Below are positions 27,131 through 40,328 of a stretch of 64,000 bases of DNA, in pieces; within the stretch, counting starts at the first letter, position 1, and each line of letters opens with the position of its first letter. The translations under genes were made by a program, and so were the position numbers. This DNA comes from Octopus sinensis (Eukaryota). Below the pieces are notes generated by a model. That model saw only the letters and a list, made by a program, of their open reading frames with translations. It was not told where the DNA came from and ran no database searches. Location: positions 24,985,360 to 25,049,359 of the forward strand of contig NC_043019.1 of assembly GCF_006345805.1 (NCBI RefSeq), in the 5' to 3' direction.

Positions 27131-27633
27131 TGTATGTATGTATGTATGTATGTATGTATGTATGTATGTATGTATGTATGTATGTATGTGACCCTACGGT
27201 TTCCAGTAATGCTTTCGTCCCCTGTTAAACAGATCCATGGCTTTAGACGTCATTTAGTTTGCTTCTTTTATTATTCTTTTTCTGGCAGCTGTTAGGTCAT
27301 TGTCAAACCTGGCAGACGAACTATCAATTATGTATATTAGTTCTTAATTTTATTTTACGAAATTCTCAAGAACGGAGAAAAAAAGCTGGTTTCTGACCCT
27401 AAAGCAATACTCACTGGAATTTAGACATCAAACAGAGTCTACATCTATGTATACATGCATCAGTGAATACATGTATGCATGCATGTATGTGTGCGGATGG
27501 CAGTACACATATATGCATGTATCCATTTATGTATGTGCACATAGTTGAAACTGAAAGAAAATAAAAGACGAAGACAAGTGTATGAACGACAAGCAAGTGT
27601 ATTAGTTTGACGCTCGGAAACAATGGAAAAGTG

Positions 27634-27667
27634 TTTTACGTTTCAAGCCTACGCTCTTCATCAGAAA
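27634..27667 (-). ncRNA. Minimal type-I hammerhead ribozyme motif with canonical core, in a family A unit (~27545-27740)
   Basis: UUU CUGAUGA A GAGC-GUAG-GCUU GAAA CG U A AAA, with a GUA cleavage triplet. Confidence 0.65.
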
Positions 27668-28062
27668 GGAATAAGAGAAAATAAACAGAGAGAGAATGAA
27701 AAAAAAACGTGTAGAGTTCAGCGATCCAACATGGCGAATATATGCATATATACATATATGCATACAAACACGCATGTATACACGCATACATACACATACA
27801 TGGATGCAGGCTTGAATGTCATTGCATATATAGATCTTATTACATGTTAAACTTCATGAATGTCTCACATACTTTAACAGTACCGTGTTGCTTCTCGTTT
27901 TGTGAAACTCAACTTGTCATGATTTATAGTAAGCCAGCTACATTGCTGTTTCTTCATAGCGAAAGCATACAATGGATGTGGTGCCAACTGCGATTAGTAT
28001 ACAACATATTGACAAATATATTGATTCAAATATACATCTTTATAAAATTAGAATGATACAAT

Positions 28063-28245
28063 AGACGCAGGAGTGGCTGTATGGTAAGTAGCTTGCTTAC
28101 CAACCACATGGTCCCGGGTTCAGTCCCACTGCGTGGCACCTTGGGCAAATGTCTTCTACTATAGCCTCGGGCCTTCCAGAGCCTTGTGAGTGGATTTGGT
28201 AGACGGAAACTGAAAGAAGCCCGTCGTATATATATATATAATATA

Positions 28246-28289
<44 letters not shown>

Positions 28290-28491
28290 GTGTGTGTGTG
28301 TTTGTGTGTCTGCGTTTGTCCTCCCAACAACGCTTGACAACCGATGCTGGTGTGTTTACGTCCCCGTAACTTAGCGGTTCGGCAAAAGAGACCGATAGAA
28401 TAAGAGTACTAGGCTTCCAAAGAATAAGTCCTGGGGTCGATTTGCTCGACTACAGGCGGTGCTCCAGCAAATGACTGAAACAAGTAAAAGA
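28063..28491 (+). mobile_element. CORE-type tRNA-derived SINE with internal (TA)/(TG) microsatellite
   Basis: A box TGGCTGTATGG, B box GGTTCAGTCCC, CORE-like CCTTGGGCAAATGTCTT, tail ATGACTGAAACAAGTAAAAGAG. Confidence 0.85.
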
Positions 28492-29254
28492 GTAAAGAGT
28501 AAAGAGATATAATATCTCAAAAGGATTGGAAAAGTGAAAAACATTTGCAGAAAACAAACTATAGGTGACATAGTTCTTATGTACGGTGGAGCACATTTTC
28601 ATGTTTTTTTTTTGTGTAGATATTTAAAATTTCTAGTATTGACGGACAGTAATCCACGACAGTTTCCTAATCCTTTATAACAGTGCTGTGTTGTATTTTA
28701 AAAAAAACTGATACGATCAACCTGTCTTCGACACAGAGGGTGTACATGCGGTAACTATGAATTATGATTGCTATATGAGCGTGGAAATGCAGAAACTTAA
28801 TTTTAGTCGCTATGTGTTCATGTTTTGAAACTTACTTTTCCAAAATGGCAAAGATATGCGATTAATACATAACATCTACTGTCTCAACATGATGGATGGA
28901 CTTCCCATCGAGTAACAACTTCCCAGAATGTTATTAAAGAAATGCTTATCAGCATGCTAAAATGTGATGACCTACGCTATAGCCAGGCCTTTTGGTTTGT
29001 GATTAGTTATTTGAGGTTATCTCAAAGTGACCCGCGGGCGCTAGATGAACGGAAGGTCCCGATTCATAGATAAATTCAAGAAGTGGTGTGATTTAGAATT
29101 CCAAACTTCCAGGCGAGGCTACAAGTATTTATGACAAACCATGGGAAATATTTCGATATCATTATCTTCAAGATAAAGCGAATAGTTTTTGCGTTGCATG
29201 TTTATAAATGGCATATTGTTATGAAAATTTAGATAATAACAGTCGTGTGTGTGA

Positions 29255-29292
<38 letters not shown>

Positions 29293-29356
29293 ACGCGCGT
29301 GCGTGCGTATATTAGAAAACTGTTATTATTAAAAGATGAGAGGATATTCATTGTGG

Positions 29357-29658
29357 TCCTAAAACTGACACAATCGAGTGAATGAAATCATCATCATCAT
29401 TGTTCGACCGTGGTCGAGACAATGGAATTTACCATGCTACGCCAGACTTCACGGTCCATCATGGCATTACGGAGGTCCTGTTGCTGGATGCCTGTATCCC
29501 TGGAGATTACATCAGGGATACAGGCATCCAGCAACAGGACCTCCGTAATGCTATGATGGACAGTGAAGTCTGGCGTAGCATGGTAAATTCCATTGTCTCG
29601 ACCACGGTCGAACAATGATGATGATGATTTCATTCACTCGATTGTGTCAGTTTTAGGA
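29357..29658. repeat. 302-bp near-perfect palindrome built from an RTE LINE 3' end
   Basis: Arms 29357-29502 and 29513-29658 (146 bp, 2 mismatches), loop GAGATTACAT. Each arm encodes RDTGIQQQDLRNAMMD(R/S)EVWRSMVNSIVSTTVEQ* plus a (TGA)n tail. Confidence 0.95.
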
Positions 29659-29722
29659 GCCATCTACTCGCAATACCAGAGGGCGCACACTCTCCTGCCC
29701 TGATGTAATCTCCAGGGATACA
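29659..29722 (+). mobile_element. RTE segment that would normally lie upstream of the palindrome arm sequence
   Basis: Reads PSTRNTRGRTLSCPDVISRDT and ends in CAGGGATACA, the same 10-mer that starts the right arm. Confidence 0.7.
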
Positions 29723-30419
29723 AAGATAAAAGAGAAAAAAGGTGAATGAAATATAGACGAGCAAAGAATAGTAGAAACAGGAAATACATTGGAACCATTC
29801 TAACCACGTTAGCATTCGGAAAACTTTCGACCGATGTAAAGCTACAGAATCAGGTCTGGAAGGTCAAACATTTTCAATGAAACATTCTGTTCAAAGATCC
29901 CCAAAATCTAGTAACAGGAATAGTTTTCATTTGTCAATGGTTCAGGAAAACCTGTTTCAGCTGAACAATGACAGATCAACGTCTATCTCAATTGTACATG
30001 ACGAGTTGACATCAATAAAAGACTTTTTCGAGATTGAACGTTGAGTAGAGTTTTCTTTCCTTTGCCATCTCAGTTTCTTATCGTGAATTTTATGCCTTTC
30101 TCGTAATTCTATTCTCCACGTGTTTCTTTAGCTGTATTACACACGTACTTTGTGGATTTTGATGAAAAAGAAATTGTCGTTCATTCTTTCCCGCTTTAGA
30201 AATGCCTGCTGGGCAACTTTATTTGTTGTTAATGTTTGAATATTGCAGCTTCTCCATTCCTTTGAAACATGGATTCTCTTAATATCTATGGACTTGAATA
30301 TTGCACAGCGATCAAAGCCAGGTGTCTTGTTGATAACAAGTAACCGTTAATGCTTTTTCTTAATCACCCCCATCTCCACTACCCCCCCCCCCCCCCCCAG
30401 CATGCTTCACAACTCCAAC

Positions 30420-31450
30420 AATTTGGAAGAGTAATTCTTTCATCTTGTACAATCTCAGGAATTTCATTTTATGCCAATGCTGAAATCTGATATTCAATCA
30501 ATTCTTGCTTTAAAAAATTATTTCTCATAGAAATTGCTAAAAGTTTTCTTCGAAATGTTATCATTCACTGAAGTTGCTAAACGTTCTCTTTTAATCTTGA
30601 ACCTGCCTGGAATCACTTATTGGAATTTTTCTCAAAATGTTTATCCTATTTTGCTGCAGCTCCATTTCAAGGATCCAGGTTGTGAATAAGCACTGTGAAA
30701 ATACTCCAATACCCCATATGCATTTCATGGCAAATTCTAAAACGAATCATTATTTCATATTTAACTAACGCAAGAAACATAGTGATATAGTTCCATGCAA
30801 AAGCTAGTGTTGCTTTTTATTAAATGTTTGTTGGTTTTGTCATGCTAAAACGAATTATTTCTTAATAATAAATGAATACAATGACCATTTGTTATAGTGA
30901 CTATTTGCTAAAATACGAGTGTAAATAATAATTCAAAAGTCCTTTTGGAGTATTTCAAAGTAAAATTTCTATGTGACCAAACAGAAATCGAAATATCAAT
31001 TATACTCTAAAATAATACAAACGAAGCCAAATATGAAACAATGCCAGAAATTATTGTCAAAGAAATGAACGATAAAGTTGCTTTTTTATACAAAGTTTCC
31101 ATTGTAGCATCTCGTGTGTTGCAAAAAAGTATTTGTATTTCAACAGTTTTTCGGTAATGTTAAAATGCGAATAGACGAAGAAATTCAGGTTTTTTGGGGG
31201 TTTTTTTTGAGGGAGTCATGCAGCTAATTGAAGAAAGTAATGAAAGAGTGTCAAGTAGAATTTCAGATGTAGAATTAAGTTGTGCAACAGAATTCCATCA
31301 CACTACTTAATTTTCAGCAAATGCAAGCATATGCATAAATTTGTTTTAAGGAAATGGAGGACACTACAATCTGCGGATTCAACAGTTGTCTCAGAGATTT
31401 TGGACTCCTCTCCATTGAATTATTCTACAACAATTAGGTTATGACTTCCA
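30420..31450 (-). mobile_element. Possible highly decayed hAT transposase
   Basis: Minus frames give V*WNS (resembles TRWNS) and LKQELIEYQ..IPEI. Weak, many stops. Confidence 0.25.
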
Positions 31451-32289
31451 TAATCAAAGGGAACGTAACTCTAATTCTATTTCTTTCCTTTCTTTTGAAA
31501 CGCCTTTTTGTCGAGTATCAATTTGTCAAAAAAAAGCTTTATTTATAACAGTATTAACATATGGAATAATATTTTACCACGAAAGCTAAAAAACATTTTT
31601 TTTTTTGCTGTCAAATTTCGAAACATCATTAAAAACCCACCTTCTGCTGAACCAAACTCATTTATAAACTTTATTTTACAGACCTACAGTATTTATAACA
31701 TTTGTTGTAATATTTTATATTTCCAAACTTAAAAAGCTTTACTTTTTATATATGTTTTTGCCCACTTTGCTTGCATGCAAAGAATGTTTCTTTTTTTATA
31801 TATGATTATTGACCTATTTATTTTTTTTATTTTTTGACCTCCTACCAACTTGCCCAAATCAAGCAAGCTGCCAAAGGGCTTAATTCGATTTTTTTATAAA
31901 ATTTCTGAAAGCATTTTTTGTAATCGTTACTTATTTGTAATCGATAAAAAAAATATTCGATGTAAATTGGATTAATAAATTTACTTATAATATATTATTT
32001 ATTTATTTTCCTCTTTTATTCACCTTTTGTCTTCTCATTGCACTTTTTGCAAAAAACCTTCTCCCTTTTTCTCGTGGTTTCTCATGTACCAGCGTCTTGA
32101 TTTTCAAATACAACAAGCCATGTGCCAAAGCCCGAAGATTGCTCAGAGACACAAGGCACGTCATAAAAACCTGTCTAATCACGTGTCCTGAACGCAAGAA
32201 ACTATTGGTAGTTCTTACTTTAATACAGTGTAAATTAAATTATACATGGAAATATATTAAGAAATAGTAAGTATAATAATCCTAGAAAA

Positions 32290-32561
32290 TGAGAACCCGC
32301 TTGTGACAGATTACATGGTATAATGCGCCATACGAGGCACAACTAGGCACCAGCATACCAAGAAAATTATTCCTGACTCTGGAAAAGTATTTCCCACCAG
32401 CAAGTAAATATAGTAAGTTACTTAACAGACAAACAGTTAAACTTGCAAGTTCAACTACAAGAATCTTGGCTGAAATTATAGCAGGACAGAATACAAACAA
32501 GTTTCGCGAGTTCACTGAAGTGAATTGAGACAATCTACTTAATAATAATAATAATAATAAT

Positions 32562-32647
<86 letters not shown>

Positions 32648-33260
32648 TAATAATAATAATCATAGGGATGGTAGCAATAACAATAATAAAAAATTAGTAA
32701 TAATGATATTAATAGCAGTGGAAATAGCAATGATGATAATAATACTGATTATTTTCATGATATCGGTAGTACTGGTCAAAGCTGTAGTAATAATAACGTT
32801 AAGTGAATTTAGGATAGAAATCTACCTAGAGTCACATATAATATTTCTGTATTCATGTCTGTGTCACACGTATCATATCGTAAAGCCGATGAGGAGCCTA
32901 GCTCAACAGCCAATTTTGTGACAATAGATGGAATTTAAAGTTTTGTAATAAAAGTGTCGATAAAAGGTTAAACTGTTTATGTAACTTCGAAATCTCTCCT
33001 GAATAAGCATGTCCACTGGATAAACAATCCTGAAGAAATACCTTAGTGTAGAAATAAATGCTCAGTAACACTAGGGGAATGTACTAACTATCATATAGGT
33101 GCTTATGAAGCTGACTTCAAGTCAAGATTATATAATCACATCTCGTCGTTTAAATTTAGGTATGATAAATATCATACTTAACATTCCTCGCTTTAAATAT
33201 CATAATAGTTATGGTATTAAATGGCCTATAATATCGTATAATGGTGATGAACTATGTAAA
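32290..33260 (+). mobile_element. PLE C-terminal region (linker and GIY-YIG endonuclease) split by (AAT)n
   Basis: QITWYNAPY..LEKYFPPASKYSKLLNRQTVKLASS resembles IIWFNPPYS..KHFPP..KIFNRNTVKISYS. HIGAYEADFKSRLYNHISSFK..IKWPII resembles YIG.TE..FKTRY.NH..SF..IKW.II. Confidence 0.7.
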
Positions 33261-33488
33261 AACTAATGTATCTGAAATGCGCATTCTTTTGTTTTTCTAG
33301 TATACTCAGCGACTTTATGCTGAATTTATTTCATGTGAACGTTGGATTTACAAATTGGACAGGCGACGGAATTTAAATTTACTGATTACGTGGATTAAAA
33401 TAACTTTTTCACTGGTCAACTTGGATAGTCACGTTTGATTCCTACAGAATGTTTGGATTTTTAATCCTATTTTCCATTTCTATGTATG

Positions 33489-33519
<31 letters not shown>

Positions 33520-33533
33520 TGTATGTATGTATG

Positions 33534-33594
<61 letters not shown>

Positions 33595-33905
33595 TATTAT
33601 ATATATATATATATATAACACTGAAGAAATAAGTGACATAGATATCCTCCTTATGCAGCTCAACTGAGTAACGCTCTGACAGAGCTTCAGGAATATAAAA
33701 TTAAGGAGAGGCGAAAACAAATTCGAAGGCCGTTTGTAAATTTTTATATGTGTATTAACTTTTATATATTTATAAATTCTTAGAAATCTTTATATATCAT
33801 ATAGATGAATGCATCTATGTATGCACTTTGTATACGATGGAGAACTTCGTTAATATGGATTGAATGAATATATACATCGGCCTTTGAATTTGTTTTCTCC
33901 TCTCC

Positions 33906-33950
<45 letters not shown>

Positions 33951-33953
<3 letters not shown>

Positions 33954-34136
33954 AGAGTTTACGAAAAAAACAAAAGACGAAGACAGGTGGTGTACAAAAC
34001 AAACACATGTATTAGTATAACGCTCAGGAATAGAAAAAGTCTTTTACGCTCTTCTACAGAAAGGGACACAGAAAAAACGACAGAAACAAGGAGAGAAAAA
34101 ATTTGTGTAGTAGCTAACGATCTATCATGGCGATAC
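33951..34136 (-). mobile_element. Family A unit whose hammerhead is removed by a deletion between two TACG repeats
   Basis: TTTTACG|CTCTTCTACAG versus TTTTACGTTTCAAGCCTACGCTCTTCATCAG in the 27634 copy. (TA)n on both sides. Confidence 0.7.
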
Positions 34137-34192
<56 letters not shown>

Positions 34193-34429
34193 CAATTAAG
34201 GGTAAAACTAATTAATTAGAAAGTAATCAATAATTTCACCAAGTAGAATTCGGTATGAAAACAGGACCGTTATACGGTAAATTCTAGTAATAATAATATT
34301 GAGGGGTCAGCAAAAGAAATGCATCACCACATACCGAAGTTCAGAAATAGCAGCCAAAATCTAACCCATTTCTTCTACTTAAAAAAAGGGTCTACCAGAG
34401 AAACCATAATACTTGAATCTATTCATCCA

Positions 34430-34491
<62 letters not shown>

Positions 34492-35084
34492 ATAATGTTC
34501 ATAATAACGACATATAAGTTAGAGAGAAAGAGAGTAATTGAGAGCTAGCTACCTACCTACTTTATCACCTGTCCATTACTTTACAAACCAATATGCAAGA
34601 GAAATTGTTTTCTACCCAGATGTTTCATTTTGTTCTTTTTTTACTGAATTACTGTAATTATTTCATTTCATTTAAACTATTAGATGGTTGATTGGCTACG
34701 TTCTGAGTTCCAATCCAACAAAGATCAACTTTACCTTTTAATCATCTCATGTCGAGTAAATAAAGTACGAATCAAATACTGGTATTGATTTAATTGACTA
34801 ACCTTGTCCCCCTCAAAACTCATGGCTTTTTTGCGCAAAATCAGACACCATCTGAACTTATATATGAATATTCCTTTAGTTCAAGTACCCACCTACCTCT
34901 CTTTGTACACAGAATGCGCCCCACTTCTTGTAGCAGGGATTTACTATAGAAAGTGAATTCCTTATAAACCCTTTGGAACCAGGAAATGTAGATTTCCTTC
35001 AATTTTGTTTCGTTTTGTATCCTATTTTATCATACTAATGAATTCTTAACCCAAAAAGTTTTATATTTTTTTAAATAATCCTTT

Positions 35085-35284
35085 CTACTATAGGCACAAG
35101 GCCTGGAATTTGGGGGAGGGGTGGAGTCGATTACATCGACCACAGTACACAACTGTTACTTATTATACCGATCCCGAAAAAATGAAATGCAAAGTCAACC
35201 TCAGTGGCATTTGAACTCAGAATGGATGAAATACCGCTAAGCGTTTTGCCGGGCGTGCTAACGGTTCTGCCAGCTTGCCGCCTT
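35085..35284 (-). mobile_element. Meta-like SINE monomer
   Basis: Reverse match to the 18754 copy. Confidence 0.8.
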
Positions 35285-35575
35285 TATATGTTATCAAATA
35301 ATAGCAAGCTTAATCTTGTATATTTTAATTTTAAGTTCAAGAGTTCTACTGTGGTGATAAATATCGTTTCTCGGATCGAAGTAGAATATTAATTCAGAAG
35401 TTCGTTGATATTTAACCATTAGCATAAACCTCTTTTTGGAGAGGATTTATTTTCAGGAGAATTAATTTTTCATATATCAATGTACTCTCTCAATAACGTC
35501 CAGTAGTCTGTTATGAGATGAGCCCTCTTAGTTACATAACAGCTATTTTGATTTATCGAAATTTCATTAACAACC

Positions 35576-35747
35576 AGGCGCAGGAGTGGCTGTGTGGTAA
35601 GTAGCTTGCTAACCAACCACATGGTTCCGGGTTCAGTCCCACTGCGTGGCATCTTGGGCAAATGTCTTCTGCTATAGCCTCGGGCCGACCAAAGCCTTGT
35701 GAGTGGATTTGGTAGACGGAAACTGAAAGAAGCCTGTCGTATATATG

Positions 35748-35778
<31 letters not shown>

Positions 35779-35983
35779 ATATGTTTGTGTGTCTGTGTTT
35801 GTCCCTCTAGCATTGCTTGACAACCGATGCTGGTGTGTTTACGTCCCCGTTACTAGCGGTTCGGCAAAAGAGACCGATAGAATAAGTACTGGGCTTACAA
35901 AGAATAAGTCCCGGGGTCGATTTGCTCGACTAATGGCGGTGCTCCAGCATGGCCGCAGTCAAATGACTGAAACAAGTAAAAGA
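35576..35983 (+). mobile_element. Full-length CORE-type SINE
   Basis: Same head, CORE-like block, internal microsatellite and tail as the 28063 copy. Confidence 0.85.
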
Positions 35984-36222
35984 ACCACCTACCCTTAAAA
36001 ACAATCAGAACAAACCTTTTTCACACAATACACTTTACTAATCTTGCTTCACTATAATTCTCTTTTTCTTCCTTCTCCTTCAGCTTTCTCTCTTACTCTT
36101 CCCTTTTTCCCTCTCTTTCTATTCCCATCTACCACATCACCTCTTCTCCTTTCTCTTATCTTATCACTCTTGTGAATCCGTCCATCCATTGTCTTTTTCT
36201 TTTGTTCTTGTTGAGTACAAAT

Positions 36223-36610
36223 GGCTGGAAGCACTCCGTCGGTTACGACGACGAGGTTTCCGGTTGATCCGAATCAACGGAACAGCCTGCTCTTGAAATT
36301 AACGTGTAAGTGGCTGAGCACTCCACAGACACGTGTACCCTTAACGCAGTTCTCGGGGATATTCAGCGTGACACAGAGAGTGACAAGGCCGGCCCTTTGA
36401 AATACAGGTACAACAGAAACAGGAAGTAAGAGTGAGAGAAAGTTGTGGTGAAAGAGTACAGCAGGGATTACCACCATCCCCTGCCGGAGCCTCGTGTAGC
36501 TTTAGGTGTTTTCGCTCAATAAACACTCACAACGCCCGGTCTGGGAATCGAAACCGCGATCCTACGACCGCGAGTCCGCTGCCCTAACCACTGGGCCATT
36601 GCGCCTCCAC
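36223..36610 (-). mobile_element. Young family-1 SINE with 11-bp TSD
   Basis: TSD TGAGTACAAAT at 36212-36222 and 36611-36621. Confidence 0.9.
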
Positions 36611-36789
36611 TGAGTACAAATACGATGACACTTAACAGCTACGAGTATCTCGGAAGATGTCTGAAAATAGCGAAACATGTCTGCATACCGTGAGATACCC
36701 GTAGAAGTTGGTTTCTTTTTGGGATTATTTCTCTCTCCGAAGAACTGTGAAAATGGCGAAGGAAGTTTGTAGATCGCAACTTTTGGTTT

Positions 36790-37245
36790 CAATAAAATAT
36801 GCGTATGCGCTAGCGTGCGCGTCGTGCACATGTGTGTGCGTGCGTGTGCGTGTATTTGTGCGTGTATGTATGTGTATGTGTGCATGTGTGTATGTGCGCG
36901 GACATGTGTGTGCACGCGCACGAATGTTTATGTGTGCGTGCATGTGTGTGTGTGTGTGTTCGCACGCGTGTGTGCGTGTGTGTGCGTGCATGTGTGCGCG
37001 TATGTGTGTGTGTGTGCGTATGTGTGTGAGTGTGTGTGCAGGCATGTGTGTGCGTTTGCATGCATGTATGCGCGTGTGTGTGCGTATGCATGTGTGTGTG
37101 AGTGCGTGCCTTTGTGTGCGTGTATGTGTGCGCGCGTGTTTCCGTGCATGTGCGTGTGTGTGTGTGCGTGCGTGCGTGTGCGTATGTGAATGCATATGTA
37201 AGTGTGTACGCGTGCATATGTGTATATGTGTGTGTGTGTGCATCT
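36790..37245. repeat. Degenerate (GT)/(GTGC)/(GTAT) microsatellite
   Basis: Directly visible. Confidence 0.9.
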
Positions 37246-37274
37246 CATGACAGTGGTGATGATGTGTGTGACTA

Positions 37275-37577
37275 CGTGTAGGTCTAAATTTCTAGATGAT
37301 CCGAAAAACATGGTTTTGTTACTTTTCGGATAAAAACAACTGCAACAGCAACAACAACAGCAACAACAACGACGACTACAGCAATGCGAGATCCACCCAG
37401 AACGTACTCTTGTCTTGTCACCACCCCACCATCACACTCCACCCGAGAGTTCAGCAGACCCACATCCACATCGACAAATATTATTAAATATGCTCCTTCT
37501 TTCTTCTTTATTCTATAACCTGAATCCGATCTTGTGTATATATGAATCGATAGCAGATCATAAGGGATTTAAGTCAT

Positions 37578-37610
<33 letters not shown>

Positions 37611-37754
37611 AAGGCAAGATGCTGCTCTTCCGTCATATGTGTAATCTGATTAATAACTGGGAGTGTGATTAATAGATCAGATCAGCCACGGAAATGGGTG
37701 CGCGGGTGTGTGAATCCACGAACAAGGTGTACATTCAGAGGCATGTACGTATAT
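37275..37754 (+). repeat. Copy 2 of the ~500-bp direct duplication
   Basis: Matches 22618-23148. Confidence 0.9.
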
Positions 37755-37919
37755 AAGAATACCTATGCTTATATATATAGATATATATATATATATATAT
37801 GCGCATGTGTGTATGTGTATGCGCGTGCATATATATGTACATGCATACATATACATACTCATATAAACATGCATACATATATAGATATGTAGATATAATA
37901 TATATATATATAGATATAT

Positions 37920-37957
<38 letters not shown>

Positions 37958-37961
37958 GATT

Positions 37962-38013
<52 letters not shown>

Positions 38014-38199
38014 TATTTACATACACGCACATATAATTATATATACATATATATAAATACATATACGTGTGTGTGTTTGTGTGTGTGTGTGTGCGTGCGT
38101 GTGTGTGTGAGTGTGTGTGTACTACATTTGCTTTTACTGGTTCCTGCTGGAGCACTGCCTTCAGTGTAATTGGTTTTTATATCACACTCACTCCCAGGT

Positions 38200-38460
38200 T
38201 TTCTTACCGAAATTGTTTCTTCTAAATTAGCGAGTTGGAGAGAGCTGCCTTTCTCCGTGCTTCTCGCCGCAGTGGTACACGTTCATCTGGAATGTCAGAT
38301 AAGAATTCACCACTTTGAAACACATCCATATCCACATCTCACAGGTCTTTGCTGTTGTTTGGCAGAGCGTTGAGAAGTTGTGGCTCTTGAAACCTACTGG
38401 GGCCTTATTCGAGATGAAGAGACAGTTCTTTGGTACTATGTCGTGGCATCCACTTCAATT
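38200..38460 (-). mobile_element. CR1/L2-like LINE 3' end relic
   Basis: Minus frame DMDVFQSGEFLSDIPDERVPLRREARRKAALSNSLI resembles DVFK..LD.FL..IPDEP..RAA.SNSL. Confidence 0.55.
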
Positions 38461-39201
38461 GTATAGCTTTCAATTTCAAAGCTAGCTGCTACAATTTTCA
38501 GGATCTTATATATATATATATATATATATACTTTATTTAAAAGCAGGAGAAATTCAACAAAACCTGTTACTCGGAGTTTCACGTTCCCGAGTTTCCATCT
38601 TGTTTCACATTTATATGTTTACTCCGGTATATATATATATATATGTATATACTACTACTAAGTGAAATTTATTAATTTTATTAAATTAATTATATTTGAC
38701 CCCTTATGTATATATATATATATTATATATATATATATATATATGTCCACGCTTCATTTACACGTTCGCCACCACAAACTCGTTTAGGCTTAGCAGCCCT
38801 TCCTGTTTGTTTTCACTGTCCTGTTTGTGCTATCTATTTTGACCCTCCGCAAAAATCCCAAATTTTATTTAATTTGCTTTGCGGGAGCAACTGTTTCTTC
38901 GAAAGCGTATATTGTTGTTAAATGCTCGAAATACGAGACTAGAAAAACAGCCAACAACTGACGAATGTCGATCTTTATGTTGTTTGCTTTGTTTTCCATT
39001 TCTGTCTTTCGTTATTCGAAAGATTAGTTCATGTTCCATGTACTCGTGCTTCGTATATTTTTGTTGTACACGTTTCATGACGTCCTCTGCCCACATATGC
39101 TTATATATATATAATATATATGTATATGTGTGGTGTGTGTGTGTGTGTGTGTGTGTGTGTGGTGTAGATGTAGGTATGTACATATACTTATGTATATATG
39201 C

Positions 39202-39241
<40 letters not shown>

Positions 39242-39479
39242 AATAGTAAAAAGTGAAAAAACTACAGAAGGCTTAAAGGTTAAAAAATATATATATTTGC
39301 GTCAATATGTCTGAAGAATATTAAATTTTTTTTTTCCTTACAATGACATAGTTTAGAAGAAAGACCGGTTTCGCGTTTAGCTTTTCAAATTTCTTACGAT
39401 GTTATGTTTATGTTGAATAGAGTTATCGTTATGTTTATGTTTAAAAGGGTTCTATATATTTCATCATGGTAAACCGTTA

Positions 39480-39675
39480 ATCCCGACACATCGTTTTTCT
39501 CGCCCCGTTTTTTTTTCTTTTTTTCTCCATTTTTGTGCCTCTCATCCTTTTCTGTTGAAGGGCGTTGGCCCGAAACGTCAAAGACTTTTCCGTTCTTCCT
39601 TCGCATCGAACTAATACACATGCTTGTTGTTCCTTCACCTGTCCTTGTCTTTTGTTTTCTGTAAATTTGAACAAG
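39480..39675 (+). mobile_element. Family A unit with hammerhead-like motif at 39548-39583
   Basis: UUUU CUGUUGA A GGGC-GUUG-GCCC GAAA CG U C AAAG. Abuts (TA)n. Confidence 0.65.
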
Positions 39676-39708
39676 ATATATATATATATATATATGTGTG
39701 TGTATGTA

Positions 39709-39739
<31 letters not shown>

Positions 39740-39810
39740 GTGGTGTGTATGTGTGTGCATGTGCGTGCGTCTGTGTGTGTGCGTATATACATATATATAT
39801 ATATACATAA

Positions 39811-39868
<58 letters not shown>

Positions 39869-40020
39869 CATGCATGTATGTATGTACGTACGTATGTTGT
39901 ATGTATGTATGTATGTATGTATGTATGTCTGTAATGTATGTATGTATGTATACATAAATAGGTGAGCACATAAGTGCAAAAAGGTGGAAAGAATAGTACT
40001 CGAACACCAAAGGTAAGGTA

Positions 40021-40167
40021 ATATACTTTTATTAAGCTGCAAAATTGTAACAAAAACTGTTACTCAGAGTTTCACGTTCCCGTTCGTCACAGCTGTCCGA
40101 CGAACGGGAACGTGAAACTCTGAGTAGCAGCTTTTGTGATAATTTTCCAGCTTTAGCAAAAGTATAT
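40021..40167. mobile_element. Head-to-head inverted duplication of a short hammerhead-bearing unit (family B)
   Basis: Arms 40021-40088 and 40099-40167, inner 28 bp perfect. A third, truncated copy lies at ~38527-38589. Confidence 0.8.
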
Positions 40168-40175
40168 ATATATCG

Positions 40176-40204
<29 letters not shown>

Positions 40205-40220
<16 letters not shown>

Positions 40221-40279
40221 GTGTGTGTGTGTCTCTGTGTGTCTGTGTATGTATGTATGAGTATGTATATGTATGTGTA

Positions 40280-40328
<49 letters not shown>

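Noticed and set aside
29382-29633. Twin 78-aa ORFs on opposite strands
   Set aside because: A consequence of the palindrome. The peptide is an RTE C-terminal remnant.
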